From positions 140,652-204,651 of the IMG/VR virus record IMGVR_UViG_3300035703_000010: a stretch of DNA of 64,000 bases, one strand, 5' to 3'. A program made the translations under genes and the position numbers. The notes under the pieces are model-generated. The model did no database searches, was not told where the DNA came from, and saw only the letters and a program-made list of their open reading frames with translations. The stretch's first letter is position 1; each line of letters opens with the position of its first letter. Below, piece by piece: positions 1 through 9,573 of the stretch.

Positions 1-1
1 A

Positions 2-283
2 CTTGACATGAAATCAAAAACCGGTCAAAAGTTCCTCAAAGGAATTACTCATGAATGTATGCATGAGTTATTTGAAGCTAATCTTCTTTTGAAAAACTCA
101 AAAGACCATAGAGCTACTGACGTAAAAGAATTTAATCGTGAAGATTACATTGAAGAACTTGTCGATGCTCTTCACTACTTTTTTGAAATTGCAATTTGTA
201 GTGGTGTTACTATGGATGAACTTCATGAAGCATACATGAAGAAAGGTAGAATTAACATCAATAGAATTGAAAATGGATATTAA
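2..283 (+). CDS. All-alpha NTP pyrophosphatase (dUTPase/dCTPase, MazG-like superfamily), probably 5' truncated
   Basis: Motif YIEELVDALHYF and a C-terminal AYMKKGRININR; the frame is open to the window edge upstream of ATG 8. Confidence 0.7.
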   Translation, partial: LDMKSKTGQKFLKGITHECMHELFEANLLLKNSKDHRATDVKEFNREDYIEELVDALHYFFEIAICSGVTMDELHEAYMKKGRININRIENGY

Positions 284-381
284 AAAGTTCGTCGCACCCC
301 TTTTCAACTTTAATAAGGTGATTATCATCTTTTTGTAACGATGAAAATTAAATTTTCATCAATTTCTAAAGGAGAAATAAA

Positions 382-744
382 ATGTTGACTAGGTATTATG
401 GTACCGCTCGTACACCCATGTTTGATTTGTTCGATCCATTTAAGGTTTTTGATGATTTTGAAGCCTCTAAACATCGTTCAAGATTAGACACGATTGACGA
501 AGAAGGCATTAAAATCGAACTTCCCGGAGTTAAATCAACTGATGTTGATGTATCCGTTGAAGGTAGAACATTGAAAGTTTCAGGCAAGTCTAGACATGGA
601 AAAGAATTTAGCTATTCTTATAGTTTAAAATCTGTTGTTGATGATTCTGGAATTGTTGCAAAACTTGAAGATGGTCTTTTAACGATTACATTACCTAAAA
701 AGCAAGAAAGCTCTGTAAGAAAGATTCCGGTTTCGTCTACTTAA
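382..744 (+). CDS. Small heat shock protein (Hsp20/alpha-crystallin)
   Basis: IELPGV..DVDVSVEGRTLKVSG, AKLEDGLLTITLPK, C-terminal IPV (IxI/V) motif; SD AAAGGAG. Confidence 0.92.
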   Translation: MLTRYYGTARTPMFDLFDPFKVFDDFEASKHRSRLDTIDEEGIKIELPGVKSTDVDVSVEGRTLKVSGKSRHGKEFSYSYSLKSVVDDSGIVAKLEDGLLTITLPKKQESSVRKIPVSST

Positions 745-765
745 AGTTGTATTTGATGGTGCTCA

Positions 766-799
766 AGGCTCAATAATAAACGTTATTGAGCTTTTTTAT
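766..799 (+). terminator. Intrinsic terminator after hsp20
   Basis: GCTCAATAA (768-776) / TTATTGAGC (783-791) inverted repeat followed by a T run. Confidence 0.8.
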
Positions 800-809
800 T
801 TTCTACGAT

Positions 810-816
810 ATAATTA
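810..816 (+). promoter_or_regulatory. Putative late promoter element ATANNTA (ATAATTA)
   Basis: Member of the recurrent motif upstream of leader-bearing genes; 24 nt before ATG 841. Confidence 0.45.
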
Positions 817-840
817 CTTACATTAACTTTTGGTGATATC

Positions 841-1332
841 ATGAATATAACAGAATCTAAGCTTAGAGAAATAATCAAAGAAGAATACCTCCGTTTAACA
901 CCAGTTTCTGCTGGCGAATTGATGTCTGAACATAGAGCAATGCACCTCGCAGAAGAGTTAATTAATGAAGGACTATGGGACAGCATCAAAGCTTTAGCTG
1001 CTGGAAGTAAAGCAGCTGTAAAAACAGTGGCCGGTGCAGGAGCTGAAGCATTAGGAAGTGCTGCAAATTCAGTTGTTGCTCCGATGATCAAAGCTGGAAC
1101 TGAAGCAGCACAAGCTATTAAGGCAGTAAAAGATGATGCAGTTAAAGCTGCCGCTGCTGCTGCAGCAGAGTCTTTAAAGAAGTCTATTCAGGCAAGTTTA
1201 AAGACATCGATTGCTGATATGATCAAAAAGCTTGTTGCTTCTGGAAAAGATGAAGCGACGGCAAAGAAAGAAGCAGGTCAAGCTATCGGACCAGCGCTAA
1301 GCCAGGCAATTGCATCAGCATTAAATCAATGA
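841..1332 (+). CDS. Ala/Lys-rich putative internal virion protein with the MxITxxxLRxIIxEE leader
   Basis: N-terminus MNITESKLREIIKEEY; paralogous N-terminal region with the next gene. Confidence 0.6.
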   Translation: MNITESKLREIIKEEYLRLTPVSAGELMSEHRAMHLAEELINEGLWDSIKALAAGSKAAVKTVAGAGAEALGSAANSVVAPMIKAGTEAAQAIKAVKDDAVKAAAAAAAESLKKSIQASLKTSIADMIKKLVASGKDEATAKKEAGQAIGPALSQAIASALNQ

Positions 1333-1351
1333 TGAATATTTTAAGGAAAAT

Positions 1352-1927
1352 ATGAAATTAACAAAAGCTTATTTGCAACAAATTATTCGCGAAGAATACG
1401 TAAAAGTTTTGTTTGAATCAAACGGTCAAACGATTTCTGATGAAAAAGCGAGATTGATTGCCGAAAACCTTGAAGAAGGTCTTTTTGGAGATCTTGTTAA
1501 AACTTTTAAAGCAGGAAAAGAAGCTTTCGGTTCTGCGCGTAAAGAATCTTTAGCTTCATCTGCCGCTGCTGCAATGGATTCAATTGCATCAAAACTTGAT
1601 AAGTCCATGAAAGACCTTTTCTCTTCGACAGCTAGAGAGTTACAATCTAAAGCTAATCTTAGCATGGAAGATGCAGCAGAAAAAGCACAATCATTAATGA
1701 CAATTTCTGCATCAAAACTTGTTCCAAGTCTTGAGCCTGTTGCTCAAAAAATGGAAAGAGATATAGAATTAGATTTCACAGATCCAGATACATACGCATG
1801 GCTTCAAACGGGAGAAAGACCTTCTGGCGAGTATCCTGCTGCGAAAAAACAGAAAAAAATGATCGGCCGTCCTGTCCCACGGGTTAGAACAGGGTCTGGC
1901 CAGATGCGTGGCGCTAGCGGATTCTGA
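1352..1927 (+). CDS. Putative internal virion protein, paralog of 841..1332
   Basis: MKLTKAYLQQIIREEY; shares the A..xAExL.xEGLx pattern; SD AAGGA. Confidence 0.6.
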   Translation: MKLTKAYLQQIIREEYVKVLFESNGQTISDEKARLIAENLEEGLFGDLVKTFKAGKEAFGSARKESLASSAAAAMDSIASKLDKSMKDLFSSTARELQSKANLSMEDAAEKAQSLMTISASKLVPSLEPVAQKMERDIELDFTDPDTYAWLQTGERPSGEYPAAKKQKKMIGRPVPRVRTGSGQMRGASGF

Positions 1928-1948
1928 TAGGCATTAGATTAATAGTTT

Positions 1949-1985
1949 AAATCGTGTCATTTATACAAATGACACGATTTTTTTA
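1949..1985 (+). terminator. Intrinsic terminator
   Basis: Perfect 14-bp inverted repeat AAATCGTGTCATTT-ATAC-AAATGACACGATTT followed by a T run. Confidence 0.85.
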
Positions 1986-1996
1986 TTATTATTTAA

Positions 1997-2434
1997 ATGT
2001 CTCCTGACCTTGATAAAGTTCTTTGTGAAAAATACCCAAAGATATTTAAGAACAGAAACGGTTCTATCATGGAAACATGTATGTCATGGGGATTTGAATG
2101 TGAAGATGGATGGTTTGACATCATCGATATTTTATGTCATGAGATTCAGCATCATGTAGATTGGAAATCAAAGGATCTTTCTGAAGAAGAAAGAGAATCA
2201 TTCCAGGTCGTCGCTGATCAAGTAAAAGAAAAGTACGGTACACTTAGGTTTTATTACTACGGTGGAGATGAAGTTATTGAAGGAATGGTATCAATGGCTG
2301 AGTCAATGTCACATAGGACTTGTGAACATTGTGGCTGCCCAGGAGATCATAGGCCTGGCGGGTACATTAAAACCTTGTGCGATTCTTGCGATGACGAATG
2401 GAAAACATCAAGAGGAGTTATTCGGTGCAAATAG
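1997..2434 (+). CDS. Conserved phage hypothetical protein with C-terminal CxxC..CxxC zinc site
   Basis: GWFDII..., QVKEKYGTLRFYY, CEHCG..CDSC. Confidence 0.6.
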   Translation: MSPDLDKVLCEKYPKIFKNRNGSIMETCMSWGFECEDGWFDIIDILCHEIQHHVDWKSKDLSEEERESFQVVADQVKEKYGTLRFYYYGGDEVIEGMVSMAESMSHRTCEHCGCPGDHRPGGYIKTLCDSCDDEWKTSRGVIRCK

Positions 2435-3258
2435 GATGGGCAACTGACATTCACCTAGACATGGCAGGTGATGTTTTAGGAAAAGTAAAAATGTTATCTT
2501 CACAATTAAAAAATTGTGAAGCTTTATTGATAACAGGAGATATATCAGTTTCAGAGATGTTGGTTCCTCATCTTTCTATGCTGGAGACAGTTATAGAAAA
2601 ACCGATATATTTTGTTTTAGGAAATCATGATTATTATGGATCAAATATAGGAATCGTTAGAAGAAAAGTTACGAACATGTGTAATTCTTCTTCATTCCTA
2701 AGATACATGTCCAGCGTTCCTTTTATTAAAATTGACGAAGGGAAATACATTATAGGTCATGATGGGTGGTATGATACGCAAAACGGTAATCCGTACAGTG
2801 ATACATTGTTAATGAATGACTGGATAAGAATTGGAGATTTTAATTCTTCTATTCGAGCTTCCTATGATGGAAGAGCAATAAACAAAAATGTAATCGTTGG
2901 AATATCAAAACAGCTTGCTCAACAATCCGTAAATCATGTTGCTAACGCAATTAAAGCAGTGATAAAAAGCAGCGAGCACATTGTTGTGATGACGCATGTC
3001 CCTCCGTTTAAAGAATCATTTAATGCTTCAGAAAAATATTCTGGTATACCATCGACTGACATTTTACCATGGTACACTTCAAAAGTCATGGGTGATATGT
3101 TGCTGAATGCTGCGAAAACATATCCTCACGTTAAGTTTACAGTATTATCTGGACATGTCCATAGTCATTATGATGATGATTTGCTCAATAACTTAAATGT
3201 GAAAGTTGGAAGAGCAATTTATGGAAATCCGCAGCTAGCAACTTCGATATCTGTTTAA
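2425..3258 (+). CDS. Calcineurin-like metallophosphoesterase
   Basis: Motifs TDIH, TGD, GNHD, H, GHVH; GTG start at 2425 behind SD AGAGGAG (ORF track starts at 2398). Confidence 0.88.
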   Translation: MQIGWATDIHLDMAGDVLGKVKMLSSQLKNCEALLITGDISVSEMLVPHLSMLETVIEKPIYFVLGNHDYYGSNIGIVRRKVTNMCNSSSFLRYMSSVPFIKIDEGKYIIGHDGWYDTQNGNPYSDTLLMNDWIRIGDFNSSIRASYDGRAINKNVIVGISKQLAQQSVNHVANAIKAVIKSSEHIVVMTHVPPFKESFNASEKYSGIPSTDILPWYTSKVMGDMLLNAAKTYPHVKFTVLSGHVHSHYDDDLLNNLNVKVGRAIYGNPQLATSISV

Positions 3259-3274
3259 TTATATAAGGGCGGTT

Positions 3275-3805
3275 ATGAAGAGATCGCTACTACTAAACTC
3301 AAACGGCGAACCACTACAGTTCATTAGTGAAGTAAGGGCAATTAAGCTTGTACTTAGCGGAAGAGCAGATCCGCAAACCGGATCTACTGGTGAACCTTCT
3401 TACTGGGATGATGAATACAATACGTGTTCAAGCGCTTTTAAGCTTCCAGCTGTTTTACGATTGAAGAATTACATTGTTCGCAAAATTGATAGAAAACCTC
3501 CACGATTTCAAAAGCGAGTATTGTTTAATAGAGATTCTTGGTGCTGTCAATATTGTGGTATAGAATTAAGTTATTCTTCTATTACGGTCGACCATGTATT
3601 ACCAATTTGTAAGGGAGGCCCAACAACTTGGAATAATTGTGTTGCGGCTTGCAAGATTTGCAATCGTAAAAAAGGTGGAAAAACATTAGAAGAATCAGGA
3701 ATGAAATTAAAAAAGAGACCAACAGAACCATCGCCACTTCATTTTTGGGATATATCTAAGTCTACTGCATGGCATGATGATTGGTCTATTTTCGTGAATG
3801 TTTAA
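3275..3805 (+). CDS. HNH endonuclease (McrA-like)
   Basis: CQYCG..TVDHVLP..KGG..WNNCVAACKICNRKKG. Confidence 0.92.
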   Translation: MKRSLLLNSNGEPLQFISEVRAIKLVLSGRADPQTGSTGEPSYWDDEYNTCSSAFKLPAVLRLKNYIVRKIDRKPPRFQKRVLFNRDSWCCQYCGIELSYSSITVDHVLPICKGGPTTWNNCVAACKICNRKKGGKTLEESGMKLKKRPTEPSPLHFWDISKSTAWHDDWSIFVNV

Positions 3806-3865
3806 TTACTGACATTTACATAAACTGCGATTGAAGTGAATAGTTATGCTAGGAGTTTTTTACAC

Positions 3866-4918
3866 ATGCGTTTGAAGTTATCTGACTTACAGAAAGTTGT
3901 CAAAGAAACGTTGCAAGAAAAAAAGCAATCTGAAGAATTTTGTAATGAGATAAAAAAAGCTTTTGGTCCTTCTGTAGTTCTAAAAGATGATTTACAATCT
4001 TTAGCAGAAGCAGCAAATGAGCGTTTAGATGTAATCGAATACATGGGAAGAGAGTCAGTTAACTTCTCAAGAAAAGTCGCATTAGCAATGTCTTCTCATG
4101 AATCAGCTGAAGTCAGAAAACTCGCTGCAAGGTTGCTACCTGAAAACGCTTCTACAATCTTATTATTCGATCCGAAACCAAATGTTCGTTTAGCTGCAGC
4201 AAAAAAAGCAAAAGTTGAAGTATTAGAAGAAGCTGTAAAGAAATTTCCGAAAGACGTAGCATTAAAAGATTTATTTGAAGAAAAGAAAAAAGAAAAAGCA
4301 TCTGCAATCGAAGCATCTGCTAGCCATAAAGATGAAGATATGCTTAGCGATGAATGGTATGAAGGAGTAGCAAGAAAATTAATTCAAGATTATGCAAGAA
4401 CCCTAGATACAACATGGCAAGGTTCTGCAGTAAAACAATTTTGTTCTTCAGTTAGAGCAACGACAAGACTCCCAGTAGATCCATCAAAGTTAATGGAAAA
4501 AATGTCAGAACTTCTTAAAAATCATGATGAAGCAAGACAAGAGTATTTAGAAATTAACGAAAGCGTAGAATTTCCAGGTTCTGAGTCTTATGATCCTGTT
4601 GACGACATGATGTGTGAAAATCTCTCTTCACAAAAATTTATCGATCGTTGCAACGAAGTTTTAAACATCAAATATTCTCAACTACCTCCTTCTATAATGA
4701 AATTTAAAATTCAAGAAGGATATACGATTAAAAAAATCCCAGTTTCGTGTACGTTGCCTCACGGCGGAGCTCCCAGACGGATAGATGAAATTGCTTTAGA
4801 TACGTACGTAAAAAGCTGGAATGATAAGCAACGTTTAAATGGTGAACCATTCGAAATTAAGTGGTCTTCTCACCCAGACGCAATAAATAAGATTACATTC
4901 AAGGTGGAATTAAAGTGA
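3866..4918 (+). CDS. Hypothetical protein with leader motif and a HEAT-like helical repeat segment
   Basis: Start moved to ATG 3866 (SD AGGAG); MRLKLSDLQKVVKET; repeats EVRKLAARLL and NVRLAAAKK. Confidence 0.55.
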   Translation: MRLKLSDLQKVVKETLQEKKQSEEFCNEIKKAFGPSVVLKDDLQSLAEAANERLDVIEYMGRESVNFSRKVALAMSSHESAEVRKLAARLLPENASTILLFDPKPNVRLAAAKKAKVEVLEEAVKKFPKDVALKDLFEEKKKEKASAIEASASHKDEDMLSDEWYEGVARKLIQDYARTLDTTWQGSAVKQFCSSVRATTRLPVDPSKLMEKMSELLKNHDEARQEYLEINESVEFPGSESYDPVDDMMCENLSSQKFIDRCNEVLNIKYSQLPPSIMKFKIQEGYTIKKIPVSCTLPHGGAPRRIDEIALDTYVKSWNDKQRLNGEPFEIKWSSHPDAINKITFKVELK

Positions 4919-5478
4919 TGAAAAAGAAAAAGCTTTCTGAGTCTATGGAAATGATGCTTACTGTTGAACCAAACTTAATGGTGATGACTGACAATATGAT
5001 TGCTGAATGGGGCGGAACTCCTTATGCGGCTCTTTCAGTTTTGTTAGTTCATCTTAAGTACCTTTACTCTCTTCACCAAAATCATCATTGGACAGCAATG
5101 GGAGATCCTTACTATGGTGATCATCTTTTATTTCAACGCCTTTACGATGGAATTTTAAAAGAAGTCGATTCAGTTGCCGAAAAAGCAATTGGCCTTGGAT
5201 GCACAGGAAATGTTGATCTTCAATTAGTTAATTCTCAAGTTCTTAAGTTAATCTGCGGACAAGGTTCTGCTAGCATGATTCCTCAATCATCTGATTTAGC
5301 TAAAAAATCTTTGATTGCTGAAATGAACTTTATTAAAGTAATTGATCATGTTATTTCATCACTAGAAGAGTGTGGTCTTTTAACTTCAGGACTTTCAAAT
5401 ATGCTTGAAGGCATTGCAGACGTTCATGAAGGCCATGTATACTTACTGAAGCAAAGAATCTCTAAGCCTTTAGTTTGA
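4915..5478 (+). CDS. dps: Dps/ferritin-like protein
   Basis: HQNHHW, DHLLFQRLY, EVDSVAEK ferroxidase-centre pattern; carries an extra N-terminal segment. Confidence 0.72.
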   Translation: MMKKKKLSESMEMMLTVEPNLMVMTDNMIAEWGGTPYAALSVLLVHLKYLYSLHQNHHWTAMGDPYYGDHLLFQRLYDGILKEVDSVAEKAIGLGCTGNVDLQLVNSQVLKLICGQGSASMIPQSSDLAKKSLIAEMNFIKVIDHVISSLEECGLLTSGLSNMLEGIADVHEGHVYLLKQRISKPLV

Positions 5479-5488
5479 GGAATTTATC

Positions 5489-5722
5489 ATGGATCCAATG
5501 TTAGCAACAATCATGTACTTCGCAGGAAATTTTATCCCTCAAGGATGGATGCCTTGCGACGGTTCTACGTTACAGGCGCAACAAAACGTAGCCTTATTTT
5601 CTTTGCTTGGAAACAGATTTGGCGGTGATGGTATCCACACTTTCTGCCTTCCAAAGATTCCTGATCTAAATGGACTTAAGGCAATAATCTGCGTTGAGGG
5701 TATCTATCCTGCAAGACCATAA
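5489..5722 (+). CDS. Phage tail-collar domain protein
   Basis: FAGNF.P.GW..CDG......N.ALFSLLG..FGGDG..TF.LP and C-terminal IICVEGIYP. Confidence 0.85.
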   Translation: MDPMLATIMYFAGNFIPQGWMPCDGSTLQAQQNVALFSLLGNRFGGDGIHTFCLPKIPDLNGLKAIICVEGIYPARP

Positions 5723-5732
5723 GGAAAACAAC

Positions 5733-5993
5733 ATGAAAATTACAGCAACTCAACTTCGCAAAATTATCAAAGAAGAAGTAAAAAACGCAACTATCCTTGC
5801 AGAAGCTTCATCTGACTCTTACATGAAAGTTCAAGATACAGAAAATGGAAAGCAATATTCTGTTTTTGTTCAAGAAGGAACGACTCCTTATTCTGTTTCA
5901 ATTTCTTTCGGAAATTCTTTCTCTATTAATCTAAACGTTGAAGATGCACAGGCTCTGTGCGATGCAATCTCTAAAGCGTCAATGGAAATTTGA
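5733..5993 (+). CDS. Small putative internal virion protein with leader motif
   Basis: Start ATG 5733 (SD AAGGA); MKITATQLRKIIKEEV...ILAEA. Confidence 0.55.
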   Translation: MKITATQLRKIIKEEVKNATILAEASSDSYMKVQDTENGKQYSVFVQEGTTPYSVSISFGNSFSINLNVEDAQALCDAISKASMEI

Positions 5994-6016
5994 TACAATT
6001 TTATAAAGAGAACAAT

Positions 6017-6553
6017 ATGAAAATCACACCAGCAAAACTTCGTCAAATTATCAAAGAAGAACTTTCACGCGCTCTGAAAGAAGATGAATCGTGCCCCAAA
6101 GACACAATGAATGAAGCAATGTCAAGAATTACACCTGACGAAGTTGAAGCTTGGAAGAGCGGAGACTGGGGTTATGTTTCTGGTGATGAACCGCATCATG
6201 TGGATACGGGCAGTGAAGATCCTAACCGCTTCCTACATGGTAAGGATGGTCATGATGATGAAGGTGCAATGGTTAAGTCTCGTCTTCATTCAATGAAAGA
6301 TATGTCTAAAGACATTTGTGATGTCGTTCAACCTGAGGATCAACTTCCTGGTTGGGTTCAAGATCATATCTCTGTGGCTCATGAGAACCTTCAACAAGTT
6401 CATGGTTACCTTATGGGTAAGCAACATTCAATGGAACATGGCGTGATGGAATCAAAGAAGAATCTTACAGAAGCTCATAACAGAGTTACTCGTGAAGAGA
6501 TGGATGCTTGGATGCGTGGCGATTGGGGATTTGTTTCAGAAGAAAATGAATGA
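6017..6553 (+). CDS. Putative internal virion protein with leader motif, internal repeat and a DxEGxM..LPxWVQ domain
   Basis: MKITPAKLRQIIKEEL; two EA..R.T..E..AW..GDWG.VS repeats; domain shared with 56789..57190. Confidence 0.6.
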   Translation: MKITPAKLRQIIKEELSRALKEDESCPKDTMNEAMSRITPDEVEAWKSGDWGYVSGDEPHHVDTGSEDPNRFLHGKDGHDDEGAMVKSRLHSMKDMSKDICDVVQPEDQLPGWVQDHISVAHENLQQVHGYLMGKQHSMEHGVMESKKNLTEAHNRVTREEMDAWMRGDWGFVSEENE

Positions 6554-6589
6554 TACAAAGATAAGTTAATAGTATATCATTTATTAGAT

Positions 6590-7666
6590 ATGCAAAGAAC
6601 TTTATGCTTTGATGATGTACTATTAGTCCCTCAATACTCTGAAATTGAATCAAGAAAAAATGTTGATTTATCAGTTTCAGGGTTTGACGTTTCTGAAGCA
6701 CAACTGACTACTTCTCATCCTGTTTTAAAGTGTCCAATTGTTGGATCTCCGATGGATACAGTTATCAGTCCTGCTGCAGCTGCAATTCTAGAAGACTTTG
6801 GAGGCTTTGGAGTTCTTCATCGGTACTGTACGATTCAGGAATCAGTTAAAATGTTTTTAGAAACTGTCAGCAAATGCCCTGGCAGTCAAACGCCTAATAT
6901 CATGGTTGCTGTTGGAGCAACTGGCGATTATCTTGAAAGGGCCACTGCATTATACGAAGCAGGTTGTCGAGCTTTTTGTATCGATGTAGCGCATGGTCAT
7001 CATTCTTCTGTAAAGAATGCATTATCAGAAATGCGTTTAAAGTTTGCAAATGAAGTTCACATCATGACAGGAAACGTTGCAACCCTTGAAGCGTTTAACG
7101 ATTTAGCTGATTGGGGGTCAGATTCAATCCGCGTTGGCGTCGGAGGAGGTTCGATGTGTTCGACAAGAATCAGAACCGGTCATGGCGTTCCGACGTTACA
7201 ATCTATTATGGATTGTGCAAAATCTGATAGAGATGTTTTTATCGTTGCTGATGGAGGAATTCGCAATTCTGGCGATGCTGTTAAGGCTCTTGCTGCAGGT
7301 GCTGATATGATTATGCTTGGTTCAGTACTAGCAGGTCATGATGAATCTCCTGGAGAATTGATCGATTCGCACGGATTATCTTATCAAAACAAGCCATTAG
7401 GAATTAGCCTATTTAAAAAATTCAGAGGAATGGCGTCAAGAGAAGCTCAAATTCAATGGAGAGGAAGAGTTTCAGTCGTCGAAGGTGAATCAACAACAAT
7501 ACCTTACAAAGGATCATTATCAAACACAATAACTGATCTATTAGAAGGTATTAGATCTGGTCTTTCTTATTCTGGAGCTAGAACCATTAGAGAACTAAGA
7601 ACCAGCGCTAGATTCATCACAGTGACAGCACAAGGGGTCCGAGAAAACGGACCCCATGGTAAATGA
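6590..7666 (+). CDS. guaB: IMP dehydrogenase / GMP reductase family protein lacking CBS domains
   Basis: LCFDDVLLVP, SPMDTV, IDVAHG, catalytic loop GVGGGSMCSTR, ADGGI, GMAS, GIRSGLSYSGA; IMPDH versus GMPR not resolved. Confidence 0.85.
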   Translation: MQRTLCFDDVLLVPQYSEIESRKNVDLSVSGFDVSEAQLTTSHPVLKCPIVGSPMDTVISPAAAAILEDFGGFGVLHRYCTIQESVKMFLETVSKCPGSQTPNIMVAVGATGDYLERATALYEAGCRAFCIDVAHGHHSSVKNALSEMRLKFANEVHIMTGNVATLEAFNDLADWGSDSIRVGVGGGSMCSTRIRTGHGVPTLQSIMDCAKSDRDVFIVADGGIRNSGDAVKALAAGADMIMLGSVLAGHDESPGELIDSHGLSYQNKPLGISLFKKFRGMASREAQIQWRGRVSVVEGESTTIPYKGSLSNTITDLLEGIRSGLSYSGARTIRELRTSARFITVTAQGVRENGPHGK

Positions 7667-7678
7667 ATCTAAATTATA

Positions 7679-8182
7679 TCATTTTTCTCGTGGCCATTTC
7701 CCTGTAGCTTTATGCATCATCCATGCTGCTGCAGCTGCAGGGTTTTCTGCCCATCCTGATACTTTCTCCATTTTCTTAGCGAAAGTATCAGCTCCTTTTA
7801 ATATTTTCTTTGCCGTTTTTTTGCTTGGGCCTTTTTGCTTTTTCTTTTTTGCTTCAGTCATTGCGCAACCGCATGGTTGTTCGATTTGAGTAGCCATCAT
7901 TCCACATGCTGGGCAAACTCCGCTCATGTCACAAACACATTGTGAAACGGGTAATCCACATCCTTCGCAACTCTGCTCTGATGGCATGCATCCGCACTTT
8001 CCGGCGACGGACATCATTCCGCATGTTGGACAAATGTCACCCATACTATCTTCGTCTAAGTCTCTTGCTCCAATAGCTCCGACAACCTTTATTCCAGGAA
8101 CATCTCCAATTTTTGTTCCCATCTTAGAGTCAATAGGGTCGCCAAACATTTCTAATATTGTTTTTTCTACGTTCTTTTTCAT
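7679..8182 (-). CDS. Cys-rich (CPxCGM..CGC repeats) protein with a basic C-terminal domain
   Basis: Start moved to ATG 8182; three Cys clusters, then TEA-KKKKQKG. Confidence 0.6.
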   Translation of the reverse strand: MKKNVEKTILEMFGDPIDSKMGTKIGDVPGIKVVGAIGARDLDEDSMGDICPTCGMMSVAGKCGCMPSEQSCEGCGLPVSQCVCDMSGVCPACGMMATQIEQPCGCAMTEAKKKKQKGPSKKTAKKILKGADTFAKKMEKVSGWAENPAAAAAWMMHKATGKWPREK

Positions 8183-8216
8183 GAAATTAAATATTCTCAA
8201 TACATAGATTATACAA

Positions 8217-8522
8217 ATGGAATCTGATATTGCTTCTATGAATATCCTTTTATATTTCACCGCGTTTGTTTTAGGATACATCGTAGGGCGTATAACTGGA
8301 AAGCCTGACATCAGCGATCATAGAATCGATGCAAAAGGATCATTTTTTAAACCTGAAATTAGACAAAGAAAGCAAGTTGAAATTGATGAGAAGAAATTTG
8401 TAACATCTGTTTCTACTGATTCTTTAGAACGAAAAGGTAAAGATTTAGGAACGCAAACTATCGTAGAAGATGATCTTGCAACATCTGCATCAAAATTGGC
8501 GATGTTAAAGAAAAACAAGTAG
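8217..8522 (+). CDS. Small single-pass membrane protein upstream of the actin-like gene
   Basis: N-terminal hydrophobic ILLYFTAFVLGYIVG followed by a charged cytoplasmic tail. Confidence 0.6.
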   Translation: MESDIASMNILLYFTAFVLGYIVGRITGKPDISDHRIDAKGSFFKPEIRQRKQVEIDEKKFVTSVSTDSLERKGKDLGTQTIVEDDLATSASKLAMLKKNK

Positions 8523-8547
8523 TATATAATTCATCTAGGAGACAAAC

Positions 8548-9552
8548 ATGGCTAAAGGATTAGACGTCGGTACATCATTTATAGTTCTTGCTGAAGAAGG
8601 CGCAAAAGGAAAAGTTACATACAAAGATTTCCGCGATGCTTTTTATGTCATCAAACCTACAACTCCAATTGCAACAAAGATGATTGAAAAGGGATTAGCA
8701 GGAAAAACTTTCGTTAAGGATGCCGATGGTTCTTTCATCATCCTTGGAAAAGACGCAATTGAGAAGGCAGTCGAGAGAAACGATTCAGCTAAGAGACCGA
8801 TGTATAAAGGCGTAGTTTCTTCAAAAGAAAAAGATGCAAGAAGAATTTTGACTTATATCCTTAAAGAAGTATCAGGAACACCAGCAGAACCAGGAGAAAA
8901 ATTAGTCTTCTGCGTACCAGCTCAACCTGTCGATCAAGAAGATGAGGATTTTGACGTCGGATACCATGAAGACGTAATCGTAAAACTTCTTACAGAAGTT
9001 GGGTATTCAGCACGTGCAATAAATGAGGCCGAAGCTCTTTGTTATTCTGAACTAGAAAAGGATGATTATACTGGAGTGGCTCTATCATGGGGCGCGGGAA
9101 TGGTTAACGTTTGCGTAATGCTCAATGGTGAACCTGTCGTTACTTTCTCTACAACGAAGTCTGGTGACTGGGTTGATCGCATGGCTGCAGTGGCTACTGG
9201 AGAACCTGATTCTATCGTTCAGGCAGAAAAGGAAAATGGAGATTTTACCGTAGGTCAGCCGAATGACAATCAAGTTCTTGCTGCGGTTGCTTCTTATTAT
9301 GATCGTCTAATCGATTACACGACGAAGCAATTGGCATCATCCATGGAAGGACATAAGTCTATTCCAAAGTTCAAGGATCCGCTTCCAGTCGTCGTTGCTG
9401 GAGGAACCTCAAAAGCAAAAGGATTCGTCGATCTTTTTGCAAAGAAACTTAATGAGAATGGTTTTCCGCTTCCTGTCAAAGAAGTTCGTCATGCAGCTGA
9501 TCCACTTCATGCTGTTGCTCGCGGTTGCCTAATCGCTGCGCAAATTATGTAA
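8548..9552 (+). CDS. Actin-like ATPase (MreB/MamK/ParM superfamily)
   Basis: Phosphate-1 GLDVGT, connect-1 INEAEA, phosphate-2 SWGAG, adenosine VAGGTS, connect-2 AVARGCL; SD AGGAG. Confidence 0.88.
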   Translation: MAKGLDVGTSFIVLAEEGAKGKVTYKDFRDAFYVIKPTTPIATKMIEKGLAGKTFVKDADGSFIILGKDAIEKAVERNDSAKRPMYKGVVSSKEKDARRILTYILKEVSGTPAEPGEKLVFCVPAQPVDQEDEDFDVGYHEDVIVKLLTEVGYSARAINEAEALCYSELEKDDYTGVALSWGAGMVNVCVMLNGEPVVTFSTTKSGDWVDRMAAVATGEPDSIVQAEKENGDFTVGQPNDNQVLAAVASYYDRLIDYTTKQLASSMEGHKSIPKFKDPLPVVVAGGTSKAKGFVDLFAKKLNENGFPLPVKEVRHAADPLHAVARGCLIAAQIM

Positions 9553-9573
9553 GTTTATTGTCGAGTTGTTTGG

